Shown: piece by piece, positions 8,074 through 16,051 of the stretch
How positions within the stretch are numbered: the first letter of the stretch is position 1
How the letters are laid out: each line of letters starts with the position of its first letter
Source: Galbibacter orientalis DSM 19592
Lineage (GTDB): Bacteria; Bacteroidota; Bacteroidia; Flavobacteriales; Flavobacteriaceae
Assembly: GCF_000260115.1 (NCBI RefSeq)
Contig: NZ_JH651379.1
Location: 3,032,240 to 3,064,239 of the forward strand
Reading direction: 5' to 3'
Length of the DNA stretch: 32,000 nt
Notes under the pieces: generated by a model
The model's database searches: none
What the model saw: only the letters and a program-made list of their open reading frames with translations
Told to the model about the DNA's origin: nothing
Made by a program: the position numbers and the translations under genes

Positions 8074-9753
8074 TTAGTTAATATGAGTGCTATCTATTTT
8101 AATTTCATAGTTAAGAGTATCTATTTCTTCTGAAGGAATACTATCTTCAATTACATCATCATTAGCATCTTCTAAATTTTCTTCAACAGGACAGTCCATA
8201 CAATTTAAAACTCCATGATTATCCATTTTCCAAGTATGATTTGCTAAATCATTGCTATAGTAGTTTAGATTGTTTTTAATATTTCCTTCCATATGATAAC
8301 GAGTAGAATTATGAAGCTTTACAAATGTATTTTCAGGAACATAAATAATAATTTCAATTTCTTGATCTCTAAATTTATTGTCGTAATCTGTTGTTAAATA
8401 ATTATTTAAATATACAATATTGTTTTCTACACTAAACTCATAATCTACATTTTCAGCTCTTTTGAAAGCATCTTTATAGTTACTTCCTTGCGATTTCTTT
8501 TCAATTTCAATACGAGCTTCGTTATTAGGAGATTGTTTTATAAAAAACTCCATGTCTTCTCGGTAGATCATTTTTTCATCACCATCTACTACAATATCAA
8601 AATCAGAATCGTGATAATATCTATTTTTTAGATTTTGAGCTTCCATAACTCTAATCTCTAAAGTATCTTTTTGAACTATATTTAATACTTCTGTTTCTGT
8701 TGCCATTGCATCAAAAGAGTAATCTGTAGCAGTTCTGATTCCTAAAATTGTAAGTCCTATTACAGAAAGTAACCATATTCCTAGTAAAGAAAATTTCGCA
8801 AAGTTTCCAATAGATTTTAAATTGTTTACCAATATTTTTAGTCCTAAATAGAACAAGAAAAAGAATGGTATTCCAACAGCAAAAAATGAAAGGAGAGAAA
8901 TAAGCCACACTGGAGCATCTACGGTAATGTCTACAAATTCTCTCCATGGTTGCGCTCCCCATAAATCAATCGTTCCTGCTGTAAAGAGACCTATTAATAA
9001 ACTTATTAAAACAGTTGCTGCAAAAATTAAAACTATAATTCCAATAAGCTTTGCTACTACTTTAAAAAGGAATAGAATAACTGCTAGGATCGAATCAAAA
9101 AAATTTTTGGAATTTTTTTTTACCGATTGTCCCATTTTATCGTAATCTACACTTTTCACTTTTTCAGTAACTTCATCGAAACCCTCTTTAATTTTTTTTT
9201 CGATGTTACTAATATTAACAGGCTCTCCCGTCATGGCTATTTTTTGAGCTGTGGTAGCTGCTTCTGGAACCAAAATCCAAAATAAAATGTATACTAAAAT
9301 TCCGAAACCAGATAATAGTGTTGTTAAAATAAATAACAATCGTACCCAAAGCGCATCAATTCCTAAATAATAACTCAATCCAGCACATACACCACCAATA
9401 TATTTATGGTCGGTATCTCTAAATAATTGCTTGTGAGGTTTTCTGGTATTCGATTTACTAGACTTAGGTTCGTCTTCAAAAATTTCTTCATCTACCAAAT
9501 AGTCTTCTGGTTGTCCCATAATTGTAATAACCTCGTCTACTTCTTTAGTAGTAATAACTTGTCTTTCGTGCAGTAATCTTTCAGTAAAAAGCTCTGCAAT
9601 TCGCGCTTCGATATCGGCAATAATTTCAGATTTCCCTTGAGAATCTGTAAAGGAGCGTTTAATAGCGTCCAAATAGCGCTGTAATTTTATATAGGCGTCT
9701 TCATCTATGTGGAAGAAGGTATTTGCCAAATTTATGTTGATAGTCTTATTCAT
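8074..9753 (-). CDS. PspC domain-containing membrane protein with a DUF1700-like N-terminal helical region
   Basis: 559-aa ORF with the PspC domain signature YIGGVCAGLSYYLGIDALWVRLLFIL, several transmembrane helices and a C-terminal extracytoplasmic domain. It starts 11 nt after the padR stop. Confidence 0.85.
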   Translation of the reverse strand: MNKTININLANTFFHIDEDAYIKLQRYLDAIKRSFTDSQGKSEIIADIEARIAELFTERLLHERQVITTKEVDEVITIMGQPEDYLVDEEIFEDEPKSSKSNTRKPHKQLFRDTDHKYIGGVCAGLSYYLGIDALWVRLLFILTTLLSGFGILVYILFWILVPEAATTAQKIAMTGEPVNISNIEKKIKEGFDEVTEKVKSVDYDKMGQSVKKNSKNFFDSILAVILFLFKVVAKLIGIIVLIFAATVLISLLIGLFTAGTIDLWGAQPWREFVDITVDAPVWLISLLSFFAVGIPFFFLFYLGLKILVNNLKSIGNFAKFSLLGIWLLSVIGLTILGIRTATDYSFDAMATETEVLNIVQKDTLEIRVMEAQNLKNRYYHDSDFDIVVDGDEKMIYREDMEFFIKQSPNNEARIEIEKKSQGSNYKDAFKRAENVDYEFSVENNIVYLNNYLTTDYDNKFRDQEIEIIIYVPENTFVKLHNSTRYHMEGNIKNNLNYYSNDLANHTWKMDNHGVLNCMDCPVEENLEDANDDVIEDSIPSEEIDTLNYEIKIDSTHIN

Positions 9754-9764
9754 AGTTAGTGTTT

Positions 9765-10088
9765 TTATTTTGTTACCAGGTTAACTGCGTTTCTTAGTTC
9801 GTCCCAAGTGGTGTTGAGTTCTTTTAAAAATAGTTTGCCATTCTCGGTTAGGGTGTAATACTTACGTGGAGGTCCGGATGTGGACTCCTCCCAACGGTAA
9901 CTTAATAACCCTGCGTTTTTCAGTCTTGTTAATAGCGGATAAATAGTTCCTTCTACTACAAGCATTTTTGCGTCTTTTAAGGTCTCAAGAATTTCTGAAG
10001 CATATTTATCCTCATTTTCTATGATGGATAAAATACAGTATTCCAAAACCCCTTTTCGCATTTGTGCTTTTGTGTTCTCTATATTCAT
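9765..10088 (-). CDS. PadR-family winged-helix transcriptional regulator
   Basis: 107-aa ORF with the PadR hallmark segments GVLEYCIL ... GTIYPLLTRLKNAGLL ... RKYYTLTENG. Confidence 0.9.
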   Translation of the reverse strand: MNIENTKAQMRKGVLEYCILSIIENEDKYASEILETLKDAKMLVVEGTIYPLLTRLKNAGLLSYRWEESTSGPPRKYYTLTENGKLFLKELNTTWDELRNAVNLVTK

Positions 10089-10115
10089 GGTTTCATGATA
10101 CTTTTTGTTAAACTG

Positions 10116-10190
10116 TTCGTTTTTTGATTGCCCACAAAGTGGGGTTTGATTGATTTGATTGATGACTCACAATGTGAGGTTTTTTTTTTT
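10116..10190 (-). promoter_or_regulatory. padR upstream region: CAATCAA-A5-CGAA leader, two CAC-N3-GTG palindromes and an A10 tract
   Basis: Palindromes CCCAC-AAA-GTGGG (10131-10143) and CTCAC-AAT-GTGAG (10166-10178) are interleaved with GATTGA words. A T10 run lies on the plus strand at 10180-10190. Confidence 0.3.
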
Positions 10191-10207
10191 AGGTTCAAAG
10201 GGGCAAA

Positions 10208-10267
10208 GATTAAATGATTGAAAGATTGAAAGATTGAATGATTGAATGATTGAAAGATTGAAAGATT
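10208..10267. repeat. Tandem 8-mer array GATTGAAW, 7 units
   Basis: The units are gattaaat, gattgaaa x2, gattgaat x2, gattgaaa x2, then a partial gatt. All are in register. Confidence 0.9.
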
Positions 10268-10275
10268 TTGTCATG

Positions 10276-10569
10276 TCTCCTGTCTCTTATCTCCTGTTTC
10301 TTGTTTCTTGTCTCTTATCTCTTATCTCTTGTCTATTGTCTATTGTCTCCTGTCTTCTGTCTTCTGTCTCCTGTCTTCTGTCTCCTGTCTTCTGTCTTCT
10401 GTCTCTTGTCTCTTGTTTCTTGTTTCTTGTCTCTTGTTTCTTGTCTCTTGTCTCTTATCTCCTGTCTCTTGTCTCTTATCTCTTATCTCTTGTTTCTTGT
10501 TTCTTGTCTCCTGTCTCTTGTCTCTTGTCTCTTGTCTCTTGTCTCTTGTCTCCTGTCTCTTATCTCTTG
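10276..10569. repeat. Tandem 7-mer array, consensus TCTCTTG, 42 units in perfect register (294 bp)
   Basis: Counted unit by unit: tctcttg x13, tctcctg x8, tctctta x7, tttcttg x7, tcttctg x5, tctattg x2. There are no indels. 250 of 294 plus-strand bases are pyrimidines. Confidence 0.95.
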
Positions 10570-10582
10570 TCTACAAAAAAAC

Positions 10583-11053
10583 TTACTTTATAAATTTTAT
10601 AGTTAATGGGTAATTATATACTAAGCCGTCATTAGCTCTTATGGTTGCAATAATTGTACAAAACACATCCATAAGTAAGAGTCCTATTCCAAGCATTGCA
10701 ATAATACTTATGAGCCCAGCGTTCCATCCGAAACTAGAAATATGATCAAAATTAAAATCTACATTATGACTATTGTGCTCTAAAATATTTGTAAAGCCAA
10801 TAAACTCCCATGCAGTAAATAATGCAATCGGGATCATTACTATTCCTAATATAATACTGTAAAGCAAAATACTTATTTGAAAGTTTATAGCTTCTTTTCC
10901 ATTCTCATCTATAAACTCCCATTTGTCTTTATTAGAAGTCCAAATAAGTAGGGGAATAATAAAATTTCCAAAAGGAATAAAATACTTTGAGAAGGTAGAC
11001 AGATGAATAACTGCCGATACGTTCTTTTGATGTTTGCTTATGGATGTATCCAT
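10583..11053 (-). CDS. DUF4870-like small integral membrane protein
   Basis: 156-aa ORF with about 4 transmembrane helices. The segment LIWTSNKDKWEFIDENGKEAINFQISILLY resembles the DUF4870 core. Confidence 0.6.
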   Translation of the reverse strand: MDTSISKHQKNVSAVIHLSTFSKYFIPFGNFIIPLLIWTSNKDKWEFIDENGKEAINFQISILLYSIILGIVMIPIALFTAWEFIGFTNILEHNSHNVDFNFDHISSFGWNAGLISIIAMLGIGLLLMDVFCTIIATIRANDGLVYNYPLTIKFIK

Positions 11054-11129
11054 GTTCGTTTTTTTTTGATTGATTGATGATGAATTTTAGTAAGAAATAT
11101 ATAACCTACTAATTTCTATTACAAATATA
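11054..11129 (-). promoter_or_regulatory. Candidate -7 box (tatatttg, 11122-11129) and leader motif CATCAATCAATC-A9-CGAAC directly before the ATG
   Basis: The minus strand has TAtaTTTG 68 nt upstream of the start codon. The leader motif occupies 11054-11079. Confidence 0.35.
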
Positions 11130-11247
11130 TGGCTAAAAAAAGGTATTATGCAAAACATAGTACTAATATTTAACAAAAATTTAAGAATGTTAAATTATGT
11201 GGAAATTGATTTTTAATGAATAAATTACAACTCTAAATTAGATTTAA

Positions 11248-11703
11248 ATGAAGTTAACACCATCACAATTAAATAAATTTTCAATGGTAAAGCTCCCGTC
11301 TGCTTGGTTTTGCGGGGTTAGGGTAGTAGCAATTAACGATACCTCATGTACAACTACAGTAAAACACAGATGGATTAATCAGAATCCTTTTAATTCTATG
11401 TTTTGGGCAGTACAAGGAATGGCAGCAGAATTAGCTACTGGAGCAATTGTAATTGGGAAGATTAAAGAAGAGCAAGCTAAAATTTCAATGCTAGTAGCCA
11501 ATAACAAAGCTAATTTTTCAAAAAAAGCAAAAGGAAGAATAACTTTTGTATGTAATGATGGTCATTTAATAGATGAAGCAATAAAAAATACCTTAGCTAC
11601 AGGAGAAGGGCAAACTTTTTGGATGCAATCTGTAGGAAAAGATGAGGCTGGAGATATTGTTTCTACTTTTGATTTTGAATGGACGGTTAGAGTTAAGAGT
11701 TAA
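11248..11703 (+). CDS. DUF4442-like hotdog-fold (thioesterase-like) protein
   Basis: 151-aa ORF. The N-terminal pattern LNKFSMVKLPSAWFCGVRV and the overall size match my recollection of DUF4442, but I have no motif-level proof. Confidence 0.55.
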   Translation: MKLTPSQLNKFSMVKLPSAWFCGVRVVAINDTSCTTTVKHRWINQNPFNSMFWAVQGMAAELATGAIVIGKIKEEQAKISMLVANNKANFSKKAKGRITFVCNDGHLIDEAIKNTLATGEGQTFWMQSVGKDEAGDIVSTFDFEWTVRVKS

Positions 11704-11740
11704 AAAGTAGAAAAGTAAAAAAGTAAAAAGTGAAGAAGTT
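11701..11740. repeat. Short imperfect tandem repeat of AAAAGTA-like units (4-5 units)
   Basis: The sequence taaaaagtag aaaagtaaaa aagtaaaaag tgaagaagtt starts at the stop codon of the preceding gene. Confidence 0.6.
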
Positions 11741-11826
11741 AACTTTTATGAGTGTATTTATAGTTTTTAAGATGTAACAAAATTGCTTTTAGAACTACCT
11801 ATTAATAAACCAAAAACTTATTTATT

Positions 11827-12627
11827 ATGACAGCACACGAAATAGATTATCAGATTTACGGAGAAGAAATGCAATATGTGGAAATAGAACTAGATCCACA
11901 AGAAGCAGTAGTTGCCGAGGCAGGTAGTTTTATGATGATGGACAGCGGACTCCAAATGGATACTATTTTTGGAGACGGTTCTAACCAAGATAGAGGCGTT
12001 CTAGGAAAGTTATTTTCCGCTGGAAAACGATTGTTAACAGGGGAAAGTTTGTTTATGACTGCTTTTTTAAATACGGATTTAGGTAAAAGAAAAGTAAGCT
12101 TTGCGTCTCCTTATCCTGGAAAAATAATTCCTATTGATTTAACTAAATATAGAGGAAAGTTTATTTGTCAAAAAGATGCTTTTTTATGTGCTGCGAAAGG
12201 TGTTTCTGTGGGAATTGAATTCTCTCGAAAACTAGGGCGTGGATTCTTTGGAGGAGAAGGTTTTATTATGCAAAAGCTAGAAGGAGATGGAATGGCATTT
12301 GTACACGCTGGAGGAACACTAGCCAGAAGAGAATTGGCTGCTGGAGAAGTTCTGAAAGTAGATACGGGTTGTATTGTAGGTTTTACTAAAGATATAGATT
12401 ATGATATCGAGTTTATAGGAGGAATTAAAAATACCGTTTTTGGAGGAGAAGGTTTATTTTTTGCAAGTCTTAGAGGTCCAGGAGTTGTGTATATTCAATC
12501 CTTACCTTTTAGCAGGTTAGCTAGTCGTGTGTTTGCTGCAGCGCCCCGACAAGGAGGGAAAGATAGAGGCGAAGGGAGTATACTTGGAGGTCTTGGAGAT
12601 ATTTTAGATGGCGATAATAGATTTTAG
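11827..12627 (+). CDS. TIGR00266 / AIM24-family protein
   Basis: 266-aa ORF with the family-typical segments [31 protein letters not shown] and [14 protein letters not shown]. Confidence 0.8.
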   Translation: MTAHEIDYQIYGEEMQYVEIELDPQEAVVAEAGSFMMMDSGLQMDTIFGDGSNQDRGVLGKLFSAGKRLLTGESLFMTAFLNTDLGKRKVSFASPYPGKIIPIDLTKYRGKFICQKDAFLCAAKGVSVGIEFSRKLGRGFFGGEGFIMQKLEGDGMAFVHAGGTLARRELAAGEVLKVDTGCIVGFTKDIDYDIEFIGGIKNTVFGGEGLFFASLRGPGVVYIQSLPFSRLASRVFAAAPRQGGKDRGEGSILGGLGDILDGDNRF

Positions 12628-12649
12628 TTACTAACTGTACAATTTAGAT

Positions 12650-12870
12650 TAGAGAAATAACGTTCGATTATTCCACTATTTCGAAGAAGGATTTTGAAAA
12701 TTAAATCCTTTATAATGGAGTTAAATCCCTCATTGAGGGTTTTATTCCCCAAAGCCTGTCCAGAGTTTACCGAAAGGTTCTACGTCGAAATGGATTAAAA
12801 TATTTTTCCTTTGAATACCCGTAGGCTTGCATCGAAGTAGTTGATTATCGATTATCTAGTAAAATAGAGG
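12650..12870 (-). repeat. Degenerate, deletion-bearing copy (C) of the MITE-like family; boundaries approximate
   Basis: The core 12717-12847 aligns with copy B 28370-28500, including the hairpin CCCTC-ATT-GAGGG, the ...gtcgaaatg... block and the cctttgaatac...gtagttgatt module. No intact TIRs are visible. Confidence 0.7.
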
Positions 12871-12981
12871 CGCTCTTTTGAGAATCCTTTAAATATTTTG
12901 TAATTTGCAGCCACTGCATGGATGATTTCTCTCCGTAAGAAGGAATTGTATAGTTTCACATTTTTAAATTTCGATTTCAGA

Positions 12982-14226
12982 ATGGCAGTTTTGGAAAAAT
13001 TAACTTCGCAAGATGCAATTGCATTAGAGAACAAGTATGGCGCACACAATTATCATCCGCTTCCTGTGGTATTAAGCAGAGGAGAAGGGGTATTTATGTG
13101 GGATGCCGAAGACAAAAAATATTACGACTTTCTATCGGCTTACTCTGCCGTAAATCAAGGTCATTGTCATCCACGAATTATAAATGCTATGATGGAGCAA
13201 GCAAAAACACTTACGCTTACTTCTCGTGCTTTTTATAATGATGTTTTGGGTGTTTTTGAAAAGTATGCAACGTCATATTTTGGTTTTGATAAGCTTTTAC
13301 CTATGAATACAGGTGCGGAAGCTGTAGAGACTGCTATAAAAATATGTAGAAAATGGGCATATGAGAAAAAAGGAATAGCGGAAGAGAAGGCTCAGATTAT
13401 TGTTTGTGAAAATAATTTTCATGGGAGAACAACCACAATTATATCTTTTTCAAATGATGAAGATGCACGTAAGAATTTTGGGCCTTATACTCCAGGATTT
13501 ATTAAAATTCCTTATGATAATACAGAGGCGTTAGAAAAAGCTTTAAAAGAAAATACTAACATCGCAGGTTTTTTAGTAGAACCAATTCAAGGAGAAGCTG
13601 GAGTTTACGTTCCTTCTGAAGGGTATCTAACAAAAGCAAAAGCACTTTGTAAAGAGCATGGGGTTTTATTTATTGCTGATGAAATTCAGACTGGAATTGC
13701 AAGAACTGGGAAATTGTTGGCGGTAGATCATGAAAATGTAAAACCAGACATGCTTATTCTAGGAAAAGCAATTAGTGGTGGCGTATATCCTGTGAGTGCT
13801 GTATTGGCAAACGATGACGTAATGGGTGTTATAAAACCGGGTCAGCACGGAAGTACATTTGGAGGAAATCCTGTGGCTGCAGTTGTAGCTATGGAAGCTC
13901 TGGAAGTAGTGAAAGATGAAGGACTAGCTAAAAATGCTGAGACATTAGGAACGTTATTCAGAAGTGAACTTCAAAAATATATTGATAATAGCACTATTGT
14001 TAAGTTAGTTAGAGGAAAAGGATTATTAAACGCTATTGTAATTAACGATAGTGAAGATAGTTCTACCGCATGGGATATTTGTATGTCCTTAAAAGAAAAT
14101 GGCCTTTTAGCAAAACCAACGCATGGTAATATTATTCGTTTTGCACCACCTTTGGTAATGACAGAAGAGCAATTACACGATTGTATTTCTATTATTACAA
14201 AAACTTTGAAGGAGTTCGAAAAATAA
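12982..14226 (+). CDS. rocD: Ornithine aminotransferase (class III PLP aminotransferase)
   Basis: Motifs [25 protein letters not shown] and the PLP lysine in LGKAISGG. I chose the ATG at 12982 (MAVLEKL); the longer ORF starting at 12922 runs into the upstream repeat. Confidence 0.9.
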   Translation: MAVLEKLTSQDAIALENKYGAHNYHPLPVVLSRGEGVFMWDAEDKKYYDFLSAYSAVNQGHCHPRIINAMMEQAKTLTLTSRAFYNDVLGVFEKYATSYFGFDKLLPMNTGAEAVETAIKICRKWAYEKKGIAEEKAQIIVCENNFHGRTTTIISFSNDEDARKNFGPYTPGFIKIPYDNTEALEKALKENTNIAGFLVEPIQGEAGVYVPSEGYLTKAKALCKEHGVLFIADEIQTGIARTGKLLAVDHENVKPDMLILGKAISGGVYPVSAVLANDDVMGVIKPGQHGSTFGGNPVAAVVAMEALEVVKDEGLAKNAETLGTLFRSELQKYIDNSTIVKLVRGKGLLNAIVINDSEDSSTAWDICMSLKENGLLAKPTHGNIIRFAPPLVMTEEQLHDCISIITKTLKEFEK

Positions 14227-14247
14227 AGTTGTGTGTAAACAAGGTAT

Positions 14248-14278
14248 AAAAAAATCCCCGCGATAGCGGGGATTTTTT
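14248..14278 (+). terminator. Rho-independent terminator after rocD
   Basis: An 8-bp GC-rich stem (atccccgc / gcggggat) with loop gata, flanked by an A-run and T6. Confidence 0.8.
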
Positions 14279-14282
14279 AGTT

Positions 14283-14405
14283 CTAATTAATTACTTCGGG
14301 GGCAAGTCCACGAAGCATCTTTAACTTATTTCAACGCAGAGCCTTTGATATACTCAGAACAGGCTCTGGGGAATTAGATACTCTATAAGGAATTAAATAA
14401 GGATT
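14283..14405 (+). repeat. Partial copy (D) of the MITE-like family, internal modules only
   Basis: It aligns with copy A 4940-5060. The hairpins are cttcg-N12-cgaag (14294-14315) and cagagcc-N18-ggctctg (14337-14368), followed by gggaattaga. Confidence 0.75.
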
Positions 14406-14729
14406 TTATTGCTCAATTCCCCATTGTTCCAATATTTCTTGTTGTTGTAACTGTATTTCATCCCAACCTATAGTAGCTATTCGATAGATAGTAACAGCTA
14501 AATATAGAAGGTTTATTATAAGAACAACAAGAGCCACAGTTTTTGCTGTTTGCATAGCTTTTATATTGTCGTAATTTTCAGGATTTAATTGTGCTTGTTT
14601 AATTTTACTGTTTGCCATAAAAAAAGCAATACCTGCAGGGATAAACCCTAATCCTGCAAAGCAGCAGCATAAAAAACCTAAAATTGATAAAACATAATGT
14701 AAGGTTGGATTTAGTCTTTGTTTTTCCAT
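14406..14729 (-). CDS. CCC-motif small membrane protein
   Basis: 107-aa ORF with two hydrophobic helices and a literal CCC motif (LGFLCCCFAGLG). Confidence 0.6.
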   Translation of the reverse strand: MEKQRLNPTLHYVLSILGFLCCCFAGLGFIPAGIAFFMANSKIKQAQLNPENYDNIKAMQTAKTVALVVLIINLLYLAVTIYRIATIGWDEIQLQQQEILEQWGIEQ

Positions 14730-14744
14730 AAAATTTAATTAATG

Positions 14745-15044
14745 TTAATTGATTATTTTTATAATATAGCTAATTATTATAGTAGAAATAGTAATAATTG
14801 CAAATCCATATTTTAACCTTTCTATAAGCTTGATATTTGTAAAAGTAGAAGCAATTATAAACCCAATAAACATTATTAAAGGATATATAGCGGGGTACAT
14901 TTTAAAAGCTGCTACAAACTCTCCCTGAAACAATAATGCCACAGAGCGTTGTAAACCGCATCCTAAACATTCCATCCCAAAAAGTTTTTTATTCAGGCAT
15001 GGCAGCATAAAGTCTTCTGCTTTGGTAAATAATAAAAAGGTCAT
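14745..15044 (-). CDS. DUF2752-like small membrane protein
   Basis: 99-aa ORF with an N-terminal Cys cluster (LPCLNKKLFGMECLGCGLQRS) followed by transmembrane helices. Confidence 0.65.
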   Translation of the reverse strand: MTFLLFTKAEDFMLPCLNKKLFGMECLGCGLQRSVALLFQGEFVAAFKMYPAIYPLIMFIGFIIASTFTNIKLIERLKYGFAIITISTIIISYIIKIIN

Positions 15045-15112
15045 TGTGTGTAATACTAAAAACTATTGTAAACTTATTAAAAACTTATTAAACCTAACTT
15101 GTTTCAATATAT

Positions 15113-15120
15113 TATTTTTG
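15113..15120 (+). promoter_or_regulatory. Candidate Bacteroidota -7 box TAttTTTG
   Basis: Exact TAnnTTTG match 27 nt upstream of the ATG at 15148. Confidence 0.35.
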
Positions 15121-15147
15121 TAGCTTAATGTATTAAATGATTATGAA

Positions 15148-15375
15148 ATGAAGTTAGTTTCTCTATTATGTATTGTGGCTGGCGCCATATTAGTTTTTAT
15201 GTTTAACGACCAATCGGAATATGATAAATACCTGAAAATACTAGGCTTTATTCTATTAATGTTTGGATTGTATCAATCAACTAAACTATGGGTGAAAGAC
15301 AATCCTAAAGAAGATAAAAAGGAAGATAAAAAAGAAGATGAAAAAAGCTTAGAAGATCATTTAAAAGATAATTAA
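15148..15375 (+). CDS. Small membrane protein with a KEDKKEDKKEDEK tail
   Basis: 75-aa ORF with two hydrophobic helices and a charged repeat tail. Its stop is 1 nt before the next ATG. Confidence 0.5.
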   Translation: MKLVSLLCIVAGAILVFMFNDQSEYDKYLKILGFILLMFGLYQSTKLWVKDNPKEDKKEDKKEDEKSLEDHLKDN

Positions 15376-15376
15376 A

Positions 15377-15919
15377 ATGAAATTTCAAGTAGGAGATACT
15401 GTTGAGGTTTTAGATGATGCTATTAAGGGAAAGGTAACTAAACTAGTAGGAACCTCTGTGTTTATTGATACAGAAGATGGTTTCCCGATGGAATTTCAAG
15501 AAAATGAGTTGGTAAAAATTAGTGCTTCCAACGAATTGAAGGTTAGTAATATTGACGTTTACCGAGCAGTTAAAGAAAAGAAAAAAGGAGAGAAAAAGTT
15601 TAAGAAATCGGTTAAAGTGGAAAGGGTAATGCCTCCTATGGAGGTTGATTTGCATATTCATAAACTTACCGAGTCCACAAGGGGAATGACTAATTTTGAC
15701 ATGCTAAATCTTCAAGTGGATACTGCAAAGCACAAGTTGGAATTTGCTATTCAGAATAGAATTCAGAAAATAGTTTTTATTCACGGTATAGGAGAAGGTG
15801 TGCTTCGTACAGAGTTAGAATATTTATTTGGACGTTATAGCAATATAACCTATTACGATGCCGATTATAGAACCTATGGTTTAGGAGCCACCGAAGTTTA
15901 TATTTATCAAAATAAATAA
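15377..15919 (+). CDS. Smr (MutS2 C-terminal-like) domain protein
   Basis: 180-aa ORF with the Smr core VDLHIHKL ... IHGIGEGVLR. Confidence 0.8.
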   Translation: MKFQVGDTVEVLDDAIKGKVTKLVGTSVFIDTEDGFPMEFQENELVKISASNELKVSNIDVYRAVKEKKKGEKKFKKSVKVERVMPPMEVDLHIHKLTESTRGMTNFDMLNLQVDTAKHKLEFAIQNRIQKIVFIHGIGEGVLRTELEYLFGRYSNITYYDADYRTYGLGATEVYIYQNK

Positions 15920-16051
15920 ATTTATTGAGCCCAATATTGGTTAAAAAATTACAATTATTTTGTAAGCTAGCTTATAAATTCTAACCACAAATTCGTGGCA
16001 AGCAGATTTTTCAGATTGCTACAAACTCTAATACTTTATGTGTAGAGTGGT

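Noticed and set aside
10208-10569. Possible CRISPR array
   Set aside because: The units are 7-8 nt and directly abutting, with no unique spacers. CRISPR repeats are several-fold longer and alternate with spacers, and no cas genes are present. The same reasoning applies to 21117-21364.
10246-10613. Three overlapping plus-strand ORFs (115, 112 and 101 aa) translating to SCLLSLVSCLLS-type low-complexity protein
   Set aside because: They are open only because the 7-nt repeat unit TCTCTTG contains no stop codon in any plus-strand frame. All three frames are open at once, and there is no start context or protein-like composition. They are treated as repeat artefacts.
12922-12981. N-terminal extensions of ORFs as listed in the track (12922 for rocD, 28632 for ruvX, 29735 for def, 16996 for the TSP3 lipoprotein, 29270 for the T9SS protein)
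   Set aside because: The internal ATG gives the family-typical N-terminus in each case. The extensions run into repeat elements or candidate -7 promoter boxes, or use non-ATG codons.
14248-14300. Possibility that the rocD terminator hairpin is itself part of repeat copy D (atagcggggatttttta versus atagcaaggggtctattttta in copy A)
   Set aside because: The similarity is short and the stems formed are different (atccccgc/gcggggat versus aatag/ctatt). I could not distinguish homology from chance, so they are kept as separate features.
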